Below, piece after piece: positions 1-14,000 of a stretch of DNA of 64,000 nucleotides. The DNA comes from the human T2T-CHM13v2.0 reference genome, Homo sapiens, in the NCBI RefSeq assembly GCF_009914755.1, contig NC_060925.1; one strand, given 5' to 3'. Within the stretch, counting starts at the first letter, position 1. Each line of letters opens with the position of its first letter. Below the pieces are notes generated by a model. The model was not told where the DNA came from. It saw only the letters and a list, made by a program, of their open reading frames with translations, and did not search any database. Made by a program: the position numbers and the translations under genes.

Positions 1-1312
1 AACGGAATCGAATGGAATCATCATCGGATGGAAACGAATGGAATCATCATTGAATGGAAATGAAAGGAGTCATCATCTAATGGAGTTGCATGGAATCATC
101 ATAAAATGGAATCGAATGGAATCAACATCAAATGGAATCAAATGGAATCATTGAACGGGATTGAATGGAATCGTCATCGAATGAATTGTATGCAATCTTC
201 GAATGGTCTCGAATGGAATCATCTTCAAATGGAATGGAATGGAATCATCGCATAGAATCGAATGGAATTATCATCGAATGGAATCGAATGGCATCAACAT
301 CAAACGGAAAAAAACGGAATTATCGAATGGAATCGAAGAGAATCATCGAATGGACCCGAATGGAATCATCTAATGGAATGGAATGGAATAATCCATGGAC
401 TCGAATGCAATCATCATCGAATGGAATCGAATGGAATCATCGAATGGACTCGAATGGAATAATCATTGAACGGAATCGAATGGAATCATCATCGAATGGA
501 AATGAATGGAATCATCATCGAATGGAATCGAATAGGATTATGGAATGAAATCCAGTGTGATCATCATCGAATGGACACGAATGGAATCATCATCCAACGG
601 AAGCTAATGGAATCAACATCGAATGAATCGAATGGAAACACCATCGAATTGAAACGAATGGAATTATCATGAAATTGAAATGGATGGACTCATCATCGGA
701 TGGATTCGAATGGAATCATCGAATAAAATTGATTGAAATCATCATCAAATGGAATCGAATGGTATCATTGAATGGAATCGAATGGAATCATCATCAGATG
801 GAAATGAATGGAATCGTCATAGAATGGAATCGAATGGATTCATTGAATGGAATCAGATGGAATCATCGAATGGACTGGAATGGAATCATTGAATGGACTC
901 GAAAGGGATCATTATTGAATGGAATTGAATGGAATCACCGAATGGTCTCGATTGGAATCATTATCAAATGGAATCGAATGGAATCACCGAATAGAATCGA
1001 ATGGAACAATCATCGAATGGACTCAAATTGAATTATCCTCAAATGGAATCGAATGGAATTATCGAATGCAATCGAATGGAATTATCGAATGCAATCGGAT
1101 AGAATCATCGAATGGACTCGAATGGAATCATCGAATGGAATGGAATGGAACAGTCAATGAACTCGAATGGAATCATCATTGAATGGAATCGAATGGAATC
1201 ATCGAGTGGAATCGAATGGAATTATGATCAAATGGAATCGAATGTAATCATCATCAAATGGAATCAAAAATAACTATCATCAATTGGTATTGAATGGAAT
1301 TGTCATCAAATG

Positions 1313-3088
1313 GAATTCAAAAGAATCATCATCAAATGGAACCGAATGGAATCCTCATTGAATGGAAATGAAAGGGGTCATCATCTAATGGAATCCCATG
1401 GAATCATCATCAAATGGAATCGAATGGAATCATCATCAAATGGAATCGAATGGAATCATTGAACAGAATTGAATGGAATCGTCATCGAATGAATTGAATG
1501 CAATCATCGAATGGTCTCGAATGGAATCATCTTCTAATGGAAAGGAATGGAATCATCGCTTAGAATCGAATGGAATTAACATTGAATGGACTCGAATGGA
1601 ATCAACATCAAACGGAATCAAGCGGAATTATCGAATGCAATCGAAGAGAATCATCGAATGGACTCGAATGGAATAATCTAATGGAATTGAATGGAATAAT
1701 CCACGGACTCGAATGCAATCATCATCGTGTAGAATCGAATGGAATCATCGAATGGACTCGAATGGAATAATCATTGAACGGAATCGAATGGAATGATCAT
1801 CGGATGGAAACGAATGGAATCATCATCGAATGGAAATGAAAGGAGTCATCATCTAATGGAATTGCATGGAATCATCATAAAATGGAATCGAATGGAATCA
1901 ACATCAAATGGAATCAAATGGAATCATTGAACGGAATTGAATGCAATCGTCATCGAATGAATTGAATGCAATCATCGAATGGTCTCGAATGGAATCATCT
2001 TCAAATGGAATGGAATGGAATCATCGCATAGAATCGAATGGAATTATCATCGAATGGAATCGAATGGTATCAACATCAAACGGAAAAAAACGGAATTATC
2101 GAATGGAATCGAAGAGAATCATCGAATGGACCCGAATGGAATCATCTAATGGAATGGAATGGAATAATCCATGGACTCGAATGCAATCATCATCGAATGG
2201 AATCGAATGGAATCATCGAATGGACTCGAATGGAATAATCATTGAACGGAATCGAATGGAATCATCATCGGATGGAAATGAATGGAATCATCATCGAATG
2301 GAATCGAATAGAATTATGGAATGAAATCCAGTGTGATCATCATCGAATGGACCCGAATGGAATCATCATCCAACGGAAGCTAATGGAATCAACATCGAAT
2401 GAATCGAATGGAAAAACCATCGAATTGAAACGAATGGAATTATCATGAAATTGAAATGGATGGACTCATCATCGGATGGATTCGAATGGAATCATCGAAT
2501 AAAATTGATTAAAATCATCATCGAATGGAATCGAATGGTATCATTGAATGGAATCGAATGGAATCATCATCAGATGGAAATGAATGGAATCGTCATAGAA
2601 TGGAATCGAATGGATTCATTGAATGGAATCAGATGGAATCATCGAATGGACTGGAATGGAATCATTGAATGGACTCGAAAGGGATCATTATTGAATGGAA
2701 ATGAATGGAATCATCGAATGGTCTCGATTGGAATCATTATCAAATGGAATCGAATGGAATCACCGAATAGAATCGAATGGAACAATCATCGAATGGACTC
2801 AAATGGAATTATCCTCAAATGGAATCGAATGGAATAATCGAATGCAATCGAATGGAATTATCGAATGAAATCGAATAGAATCATCGAATGGACTCGAATG
2901 GAATCATCGAATGGAATGGAATGGAACAGTCAATGAACTCGAATGGAATCATCATTGAATGGAATCGAATAGAATCATCGAGTGGAATCGAATGGAATTA
3001 TGATCAAATGGAATCGAATGTAATCATCATCAAATGGAATCAAAAATAACCATCATCAATTGGTATTGAATGGAATTGTCATCAAATG
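1313..3088 (+). repeat. Representative canonical 1776-bp higher-order monomer (EcoRI to EcoRI)
   Basis: GAATTC in 'tggaattcaaa' at 1313 and 3089. Paralogous ORFs are 1776 apart (165/1941, 466/2242, 669/2445). The size matches the known 1.77-kb EcoRI repeat of chr1 satellite II. Confidence 0.92.
1367..2302 (+). repeat. Internal tandem pair of 468-bp modules (A then B) within the monomer
   Basis: ORF starts 1473/1941 (also 4359/4827, 6135/6603) are 468 apart. A is marked by 'aaaggggtc', 'aacagaattg', 'ttctaatggaaagg'. B is marked by 'aaaggagtc', 'aacggaattg', 'ttcaaatggaatgg' and exits into 'gaatagaattatgg'. Confidence 0.9.
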
Positions 3089-4198
3089 GAATTCAAAGGA
3101 ATCATCATCAAATGGAACCGAATGGAATCCTCATTGAATGGAAATGAAAGGGGTCATCATCTAATGGAATCGCATGGAATCATCATCAAATGGAATCGAA
3201 TGGAATCATCATCAAATGGAATCTAATGGAATCATTGAACAGAATTGAATGGAATGGTCATCGAATGAATTGAATGCAATCATCGAATGGTCTCGAATGG
3301 AATCATCTTCTAATGGAAAGGAATGGTATCATCGCATAGAATCGAATGGAATTATCATCAAATGGAATCGAATGGAATCAACATCAAACGGAAAAAAACG
3401 GAATTATCGAATGGAATCGAAGAGAATCATCGAACGGACCCGAATGGAATCATCTAATGGAATGGAATGGAATAATCCATGGACTCGAATGCAATCATCA
3501 TCGAATGGAATCGAATGGAATCATCGAGTGGACTCGAATGGAATAATCATTGAACGGAATCGAATGGAATCATCTTCGGATGGAAACGAATGGAATCATC
3601 ATCGAATGGAAATGAAAGGAATCATCATCTAATGGAATTGCATGGAATCATCATAAAATGGAATCGAATGGAATCATCATCAGATGGAAATGAATGGAAT
3701 CGTCATAGAATGGAATCGAATGGATTCATTGAATGGAATCAGATGGAATCATCGAATGGACTGGAATGGAATCATTGAATGGACTCGAAAGGGATCATGA
3801 TTGAATGGAATTGAATGGAATCATCGAATGGTCTCGATTGGAATCATTATCAAATGGAATCGAATGGAATCACCGAATAGAATCGAATGGAACAATCATC
3901 GAATGGACTCAAATGGAATTATCCTCAAATGGAATGGAATGGAATTATCGAATGCAATCGAATGGAATTATCGAATGCAATCGAATAGAATCATCGAATG
4001 GACTCGAATGGAATCATCGAATGGAATGGAATGGAACAGTCAATGAACTCGAATGGAATCATCATTGAATGGAATCGAATGCAATCATCGAGTGGAATCG
4101 AATGGAATTATGATCAAATGGAATCGAATGTAATCATCATCAAATGGAATCAAAAATAACCATCATCAATTGGTATTGAATGGAATTGTCATCAAATG
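3089..4198 (+). repeat. Truncated 1110-bp monomer (666-bp deletion removing module B and the start of the long segment)
   Basis: A-module starts 3249 and 4359 are 1110 apart. At ~3656-3681 'cataaaatggaatcgaatggaatca' runs directly into 'tcatcagatggaaatg', which is normally 666 bp further on. Confidence 0.88.
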
Positions 4199-5069
4199 GA
4201 ATTCAAAGGAATCATCATCAAATGGAACCGAATGGAATCCTCATTGAATGGAAATGAAAGGGGTCATCATCTAATGGAATCGCATGGAATCATCATCAAA
4301 TGGAATCGAATGGAATCATCATCAAATGGAATCTAAAGGAATCATTGAACAGAATTGAATGGAATGGTCATCGAATGAATTGAATGCAATCATCGAATGG
4401 TCTCGAATGGAATCATCTTCTAATGGAAAGGAATGGAATCATCGCATAGAATCGAATGGAATTATCATCGAATGGAATCGAATGGTATCAACACCAAACG
4501 GAAAAAAACGGAATTATGGAATGGAATCGAAAAGAATCTTCGAACGGACCCGAATGGAATCATCTAATGGAATGGAATGGAATAATCCATGGACTCGAAT
4601 GCAATCATCATCGAATGGAATCGAATGGAATCATCGAATGGACTCGAATGGAATAATCATTGAACGGAATCGAATGGAATCATCATCGGATGGAAACGAA
4701 TGGAATCATCATCGAATGGAAATGAAAGGAGTCATCATCTAATGGAATTGCATGGAATCATCATAAAATGGAATCGAATGGAATCAACATCAAATGGAAT
4801 CAAATGGAATCATTAAACGGAATTGAATGGAATCGTCATCGAATGAATTGAATGCAATCATCGAATGGTCTCGAATGGAATCATCTTCAAATGGAATGGA
4901 ATGGAATCATCGCATAGAATCGAATGGAATTATCATCGAATGGAATCGAATGAAATCAACATCAAACGGAAAAAAACGGAATTATCGTATGGAATCGAAG
5001 AGAATCATCGAATGGACCCGAATGGAATCATCTAATGGAATGGAATGGAATAATCCATGGACTCGAATG

Positions 5070-8000
5070 CAATCATCATCGAATGGAATCGAATGGAATC
5101 ATCGAATGGACTCGAATGGAATAATCATTGAACGGAATTGAATGGAATCATCATCGGATGGAAATGAATGGAATCATCATCGAACGGAATCGAATAGAAT
5201 TATGGAATGAAATCCAGTGTGATCATCATCGAATGGACCCGAATGGAATCATCATCCAACGGAAGCTAATGGAATCAACATCGAATGAATCGAATGGAAA
5301 CACCATCGAATTGAAACGAATGGAATTATCATGAAATTGAAATGGATGGACTCATCATCGAATGGATTCGAATGGAATCGTCGAATAAAATTGATTGAAA
5401 TCATTATTGAATGGAATCGAATGGTATCATTGAATGGAATCGAATGGAATCATCATCAGATGGAAATGAATGGAATCGTCATAGAATGGAATCGAATGGA
5501 TTCATTGAATGGAATCAGATGGAATCATCGAATGGACTGGAATGGAATCATTGAATGGACTCGAAAGGGATCATGATTGAATGGAATTGAATGGAATCAT
5601 AGAATGGTCTCGATTGGAATCATTATCAAATGGAATCGAATGGAATCACCGAATAGAATCGAACGGAACAATCATCGAATGGACTCAAATGGAATTATCC
5701 TCCAATGGAATCGAATGGAATTATCGAATGCAATCGAATGGAATTATCGAATGCAATCGAATAGAATCATCGAATGGACTCGAATGGAATCATCGAATGG
5801 AATGGAATGGAACAGTCAATGAACACGAATGGAATCATCATTGAATGGAATCGAATGGAATCATCGAGTGGAATCGAATGGAATTATGATCAAATGGAAT
5901 CGAATGTAATCATCATCAAATGGAATCAAAAATAACCATCATCAATTGGTATTGAATGGAATTGTCATCAAATGGAATTCAAAGGAATCATCATCAAATG
6001 GAACCGAATGGAATCCTCATAGAATGGAAATGAAAGGGGTCATCATCTAATGGAATCGCATGGAATCATCATAAAATGCAATCGAATGGAATCATTATCA
6101 AATGGAATCTAATGGAATCATTGAACAGAATTGAATGGAATCGTCATCGAATGAATTGAATGCAATCATCGAATGGTCTCGAATGGAATCATCTTCTAAT
6201 GGAAAGGAATGGAATCATCGCATAGAATCGAATGGAATTATCATCGAATGGAATCGAATGGTATCAAAACCAAACGGAAAAAAACGGAATTATCGAATGG
6301 AATCGAAGAGAATCTTCGAACGGACCCGAATGGAATCATCTAATGGAATGGAATGGAATAATCCATGGACTCGAATGCAATCATCATCGAATGGAATCGA
6401 ATGGAATCATCGAATGGACTCGAATATAATAATCATTGAACGGAATCGAATGGAATCATCATCGGATGGAAACGAATGGAATCATCATCGAATGGAAATG
6501 AAAGGAGTCATCATCTAATGGAATTGCATGGAATCATCATAAAATGGAATCGAATGGAATCAACATCAAATGGAATCAAATGGAATCATTGAACGGAATT
6601 GAATGGAATCGTCATCGAATGAATTGAATGCAATCATCGAATGGTCTCGAATGGAATCATCTTCAAATGGAATGGAATGGAATCATCGCATAGAATCGAA
6701 TGGAATTATCATCGAATGGAATCGAATGGTATCAACATCAAACGGAAAAAAACGGAATTATCGAATGGAATCGAAGAGAATCATCGAATGGACCCGAATG
6801 CAATCATCTAAAGGAATGGAATGGAATAATCAATGGACTCGAATACAATCATCATCGAATGGAATCGAATGGAATCATCGAATGAACTCGAATGGAATAA
6901 TCATTGAACGGAATCGAATGGAATCATCATCGGATGGAAATGAATGGAATCATCATCGAATGGAATCGAATAGAATTATGGAATGAAATCCAGTGTGATC
7001 ATCATCGAATGGACCCGAATGCAATCATCATCCAACGTAAGCTAATGGAATCAACATCGAATGAATCGAATGGAAACACCATCGAATTGAAACGAATGGA
7101 ATTATCATGAAATGGAAATGGATGGACTGATCATCGAATGGATTCGAATGGAATCATCGAATAAAATTGATTGAAATCATCATCAAATGGAATCGAATGG
7201 TATCATTGAATGGAATCGAATGGAATCATCATCAGATGGAAATGAATGGAATCGTCATAGAATGGAATCGAATGGATTCATTGACTGGAATCAGATGGAA
7301 TCATCGAATGGACTGGAATGGAATCATTGAATGGACCCGAAAGGGATCATGATTGAATGGAATTGAATGCAATCATCGAATGGTCTCGATTGGAATCATT
7401 ATCAAATGGAATCGAATGGAATCACCGAATAGAATCGAATGGAACAATCATCGAATGGACTCAAATGGAATTATCCTCAAATGCAATGGAATGGAATTAT
7501 CGAATGCAATCGAATGGAATTATCGAATACAATCGAATGGAATTATTGAATGCAATCGAATAGAATCATCGAATGGACTCGAATGGATTCATCGAATGGA
7601 ATGGAATGGAACAGTCAATGAACTCGAATGGAATCATCATTGAATGGAATCGAAAGGAATCATCGAGTGGAATCGAATGGAATTATGATCAAATGGAATC
7701 GAATGTAATCATCATCAAATGGAATCAAAAATAACCATCATCAATTGGTATTGAATGGAATTGTCATCAAATGGAATTCAAAGGAAACATCATAAAATGG
7801 AACCGAATGGAATCCTCATTGAATGGAAATGAAAGGGGTCATCATCTAATGGAATCGCATGGAATCATCATCAAATGGAATCGAATGGAATCATCATCAA
7901 ATGGAATCTGATGGAATCATTGAACAGAATTGAATGGAATCGTCATGGAATGAATTGAATGCAATCATCGAATGGTCTCGAATGGAATCATCTTCTAATG

Positions 8001-11000
8001 GAAAGGAATGTAATCATCGCATAGAATCGAATGGAATTATCATCGAATGGAATCGAATGGTATCAACATCAAACGGAATAAAACGGAATTATCGAATGGA
8101 ATCGAAGAGAATCTTCGAACGGACCCGAATGGAATCATCTAATGGAATGGAATGGAATAATCCATGGACTGGAAGGCAATCATCATCGAATGGAATCGAA
8201 TGGAATCATGGAATGGACTCGAATGGAATAATAATTGAACGGAATCGAATGGAATCATCATCGGATGGAAACGAATGGAATCATCATCGAATGGAAATGA
8301 AAGGAGTCATCATCTAATGGAATTGCATGGAATCATCATAAAATGGAATCGAATGGAATCAACATCAAATGGAATCAAATAGAATCATTGAACGGAATTC
8401 AATGGAATCGTCATCGAATGAATTGAATGCAATCATTGAATGGTCTCGAATGGAATCATCTTCAAATGGAATGGAATGGAATCATCGCATAGAATCGAAT
8501 GGAATTATCATCGAATGGAATCTAATGGAGTCAACATCAAACGGAAAGAAACGGAATTATCGAATGGAATCGAAGAGAATCATCGAATGGACCCGAATGG
8601 AATCATCTAATGGAATGGAATGGAATAATCCATGGACTCGAATGCAATCATCATCGAATGGAATCGAATGGAATCATCGAGTGGACTCGAATGGAATAAT
8701 CATTGAACGGAATCGAATGGCATCATCATCGGATGGAAATGAATGGAATCATCATCGAATGGAATCGAATAGAATTATGGAATGAAATCCAGTGTGATCA
8801 TCATCGAATGGACCCGAATGGAATCATCATCCAACGGAAGCTAATGGAATCAACATCGAATGAATCAAATGGAAACACCATCGAATTGAAACGAATGGAA
8901 TTACCATGAAATTGAAATGGATGGACTCATCATCGAATGGATTCGAAAGGAATCATCGAATAAAATTGATTGAAATCATCATCGAATGGAATCGAATGGT
9001 ATCATTGAATGGAATCGAATGGAATCATCATCAGATGGAAATGAATGGAATCGTCATAGAATGGAATCGAATGGATTCATTGAATGGAATCAGATGGAAT
9101 CATCGAATGGACTGGAATGGAATCATTGAATGGACTCGAAAGGGATCATTATTGAAAGGAATTGAATGGAGTCATCGAATGGTCTCGATTGGAATCATTA
9201 TGAAATGGAATCGAATGGAATCACGGAATAGAATCGGATGGAACAATCATCGAATGGACTCAAATGGAATTATCCTCAAATGGAATGGAATGGAATTATC
9301 GAATGCAATCGAATGGAATTATCGAATGCAATCGAATAGAATCATCGAATGGACTCGAATGGAATCATCGAATGGAATGGAATGGAACAGTCAATGAACT
9401 CGAATGGAATCATCATTGAATGGAATCGAATGCAATCATCGAGTGGAATCGAATGGAATTATGATCAAATGGAATCGAATGTAATCATCATCAAATGGAA
9501 TCAAAAATAACCATCATCAATTGGTATTGAATAGAATTGTCATCAAATGGAATTCAAAGGAATCATCATCAAATGGAACCGAATGGAATCCTCATTGAAT
9601 GGAAATGAAAGGGGTCATCATCTAATGGAATCACATGGAATCATCGTCAAATGGAATCGAATGGAATCATCATCAAATGGAATCTGATGGAATCATTGAA
9701 CAGAATTGAATGGAATGGTCATCGAATGAATTGATTGCAATCATCGAATGGTCTCGAATGGAATCATCTTCTAATGGAAAGGAATGGAATCATCGCATAG
9801 AATCGAATGGAATTATCATCGAATGGAATCGAATGGTATCAACATCAAACGGAAAAAAACGGAATTATCAAATGGAATCGAAGAGAATCTTCGAACGGAC
9901 CCGAATGGAATCATCTAATGGAATGGAATGGAATAATCCATGGACTGGAAGGAAATCATCATCGAATGGAATCGAATGGAATCATCGAATGGACTCGAAT
10001 GGAATAATCATTGAACGGAATCGAATGGAATCATCATCGGATGGAAACGAATGGAATCATCATCGAATGGAAATGAAAGGAGTCATCATCTAATGGAATT
10101 GCATGGAATCATCATAAAATGGAATTGAATGGAATCAACATCAAATGGAATCAAATGGAATCATTGAACGGAATTGAATGGAATCGTCATCGAATGAATT
10201 GAATGCAATCATCGAATGGTCTCGAATGGAATCATCTTCAAATGGAATGGAATGGAATCATCGCATAGAATCGAATGGAATTATCATCGAATGGAATCGA
10301 ATGGAGTCAACATCAAACGGAAAAAAACGGAATTATCGAATGGAATCGAAGAGAATCATCGAATGGACCCGAATGGAATCATCTAATGGAATGGAATGGA
10401 ATAATCCATGGACTCGAATGCAATCATCATCGAATGGAATCGAATGGAATCATCGAATGGACTCGAATGGAATAATCATTGAACGGAATCGAATGGAATC
10501 ATCATCGGATGGAAACGAATGGAATCATCATCGAATGGAAATGAAAGGAGTCATCATCTAATGGAATTGCATGGAATCATCATAAAATGGAATCGAATGG
10601 AATCAACATCAAATGGAATCAAATGGAATCATTGAACGGAATTGAATGGAATCGTCATCGAATGAATTGAATGCAATCATCGAATGGTCTCGAATGGAAT
10701 CATCTTCAAATGGAATGGAATGGAATCATCGCATAGAATCGAATGGAATTATCATCGAATGGAATCGAATGGAATCAACATCAAACGGAAAAAAACGGAA
10801 TTATCGAATGGAATCGAAGAGAATCATCGAATGGACCCGAATGGAATCATCTAATGGAATGGAATGGAATAATCCATGGACTCGAATGCAATCATCATCG
10901 AATGGAATCGAATGGAATCATCGAATGGACTCGAATGGAATAATCATTGAACGGAATCGAATGGAATCATCATCGGATGGAAATGAATGGAATCATCATC

Positions 11001-14000
11001 GAATGGAATCGAATAGAATTATGGAATGAAATCCAGTGTGATCATCATCGAATGGACCCGATTGGAATCATCATCCAACGGAAGCTAATGGAATCAACAT
11101 CGAATGAATCAAATGGAAACACCATCGAATTGAAACGAATGGAATTACCATGAAATTGAAATGGTGGACTCATCATCGAATGGATTCGAATGGAATCATC
11201 GAATAAAATTGATTGAAATCATCATCAAATGGAATCGAATGGTATCATTGAATGGAATCGAATGGAATCATCATCAGATGGAAATGAATGGAATCGTCAT
11301 AGAATGGAATCGAATGGATTCATTGAATGGAATCAGATGGAATCATCGAATGGACTGGAATGGAATCATTGAATGGACCCGAAAGGGATCATGATTGAAT
11401 GGAATTGAATGCAATCATCGAATGGTCTCGATTGGAATCATTATCAAATGGAATCGAATGGAATCACCGAATAGAATCGAATGGAACAATCATCGAATGG
11501 ACTCAAATGGAATTATCCTCAAATGCAATGGAATGGAATTATCGAATGCAATCGAATGGAATTATCGAATGCAATCGAATGGAATTATTGAATGCAATCG
11601 AATAGAATCATCGAATGGACTCGAATGGATTCATCGAATGGAATGGAATGGAACAGTCAGTGAACTCGAATGGAATCATCATTGAATGGAATCGAAAGGA
11701 ATCATCGAGTGGAATCGAATGGAATTATGATCAAATGGAATCGAATGTAATCATCATCAAATGGAATCAAAAATAACCATCATCAATTGGTATTGAATGG
11801 AATTGTCATCAAATGGAATTCAAAGGAAACATCATAAAATGGAACCGAATGGAATCCTCATTGAATGGAAATGAAAGGGGTCATCATCTAATGGAATCGC
11901 ATGGAATCATCATCAAATGGAATCGAATGGAATCATCATCAAATGGAATCTGATGGAATCATTGAACAGAATTGAATGGAATCGTCATGGAATGAATTGA
12001 ATGCAATCATCGAATGGTCTCGAATGGAATCATCTTCTAATGGAAAGGAATGGAATCATCGCATAAAATCGAATGGAATTATCATCGAATGGAATCGAAT
12101 GGTATCAACATCAAACGGAATAAAACGGAATTATCAAATGGAATCGAAGAGAATCTTCGAACGGACCCGAATGGAATCATCTAATGGAATGGAATGGAAT
12201 AATCCATGGACTGGAAGGCAATCATCATCGAATGGAATCGAATGGAATCATGGAATGGACTCGAATGGAATAATAATTGAACGGAATCGAATGGAATCAT
12301 CATCGGATGGAAACGAATGGAATCATCATCGAATGGAAATGAAAGGAGTCATCATCTAATGGAATTGCATGGAATCATCATAAAATGGAATCGAATGGAA
12401 TCAACATCAAATGGAATCAAATAGAATCATTGAACGGAATTGAATGGAATCGTCATCGAATGAATTGAATGCAATCATTGAATGGTCTCGAATGGAATCA
12501 TCTTCAAATGGAATGGAATGGAATCATCGCATAGAATCGAATGGAATTATCATCGAATGGAATCTAATGGAGTCAACATCAAACGGAAAGAAACGGAATT
12601 ATCGAATGGAATCGAAGAGAATCATCGAATGGACCCGAATGGAATCATCTAATGGAATGGAATGGAATAATCCATGGACTCGAATGCAATCATCATCGAA
12701 TGGAATCGAATGGAATCATCGAGTGGACTCGAATGGAATAATCATTGAACGGAATCGAATGGCATCATCATCGGATGGAAATGAATGGAATCATCATCGA
12801 ATGGAATCGAATAGAATTATGGAATGAAATCCAGTGTGATCATCATCGAATGGACCCGAATGGAATCATCATCCAACGGAAGCTAATGGAATCAACATCG
12901 AATGAATCAAATGGAAACACCATCGAATTGAAACGAATGGAATTACCATGAAATTGAAATGGATGGACTCATCATCGAATGGATTCGAAAGGAATCATCG
13001 AATAAAATTGATTGAAATCATCATCAAATGGAATCGAATGGTATCATTGAATGGAATCGAATGGAATCATCATCAGATGGAAATGAATGGAATCGTCATA
13101 GAATGGAATCGAATGGATTCATTGAATGGAATCAGATGAAATCATCGAATGGACTGGAATGGAATCATTGAATGGACTCGAAAGGGATCATTATTGAATG
13201 GAATTGAATGGAGTCATCGAATGGTCTCGATTGGAATCATTATGAAATGGAATCGAATGGAATCACCGAATAGAATCGAATGGAACAATCATCGAATGGA
13301 CTCAAATGGAATTATCCTCCAATGGAATGGAATGGAATTATCGAATGCAATCGAATGGAATTATCGAATGCAATCGAATAGAATCATCGAATGGACTCGA
13401 ACGGAATCATCGAATGGAATGGAATGGAACAGTCAATGAACTCGAATGGAATCATCATTGAATGGAATCGAATGCAATCATCGAGTGGAATCGAATGGAA
13501 TTATGATCAAATGGAATCGAATGTAATCATCATCAAATGGAATCAAAAATAACCATCATCAATTGGTATTGAATAGAATTGTCATCAAATGGAATTCAAA
13601 GGAATCATCATCAAATGGAACCGAATGGAATCCTCATTGAATGGAAATGAAAGGGGTCATCATCTAATGGAATCACATGGAATCATCGTCAAATGGAATC
13701 GAATGGAATCATCATCAAATGGAATCTGATGGAATCATTGAACAGAATTGAATGGAATGGTCATCGAATGAATTGAATGCAATCATCGAATGGTCTCGAA
13801 TGGAATCATCTTCTAATGGAAAGGAATGGAATCATCGCATAGAATCGAATGGAATTATCATCGAATGGAATCGAATGGTATCAACATCAAACGGAAAAAA
13901 ACGGAATTATCAAATGGAATCGAAGAGAATCTTCGAACGGACCCGAATGGAATCATCTAATGGAATGGAATGGAATAATCCATGGACTGGAAGGCAATCA

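Noticed and set aside
719-742. Possible DUX4/homeodomain site in 'aataaaattgattgaaatca', once per monomer
   Set aside because: HSATII is a known DUX4-induced repeat, but this site matches TAAYYYAATCA only with two mismatches or wrong spacing. It cannot be supported without a PWM scan and ChIP data.
4533-4547. Heat-shock-element-like 'agaatcttcgaa' in left-lineage A modules
   Set aside because: Only two inverted nGAAn units, whereas a functional HSE needs at least three; this is expected by chance in GAA-rich satellite.
8395-8400. Extra EcoRI sites (8395, ~19563, ~40618) as unit boundaries
   Set aside because: These are single g>c substitutions in gaattg; they are useful markers but not structural boundaries.
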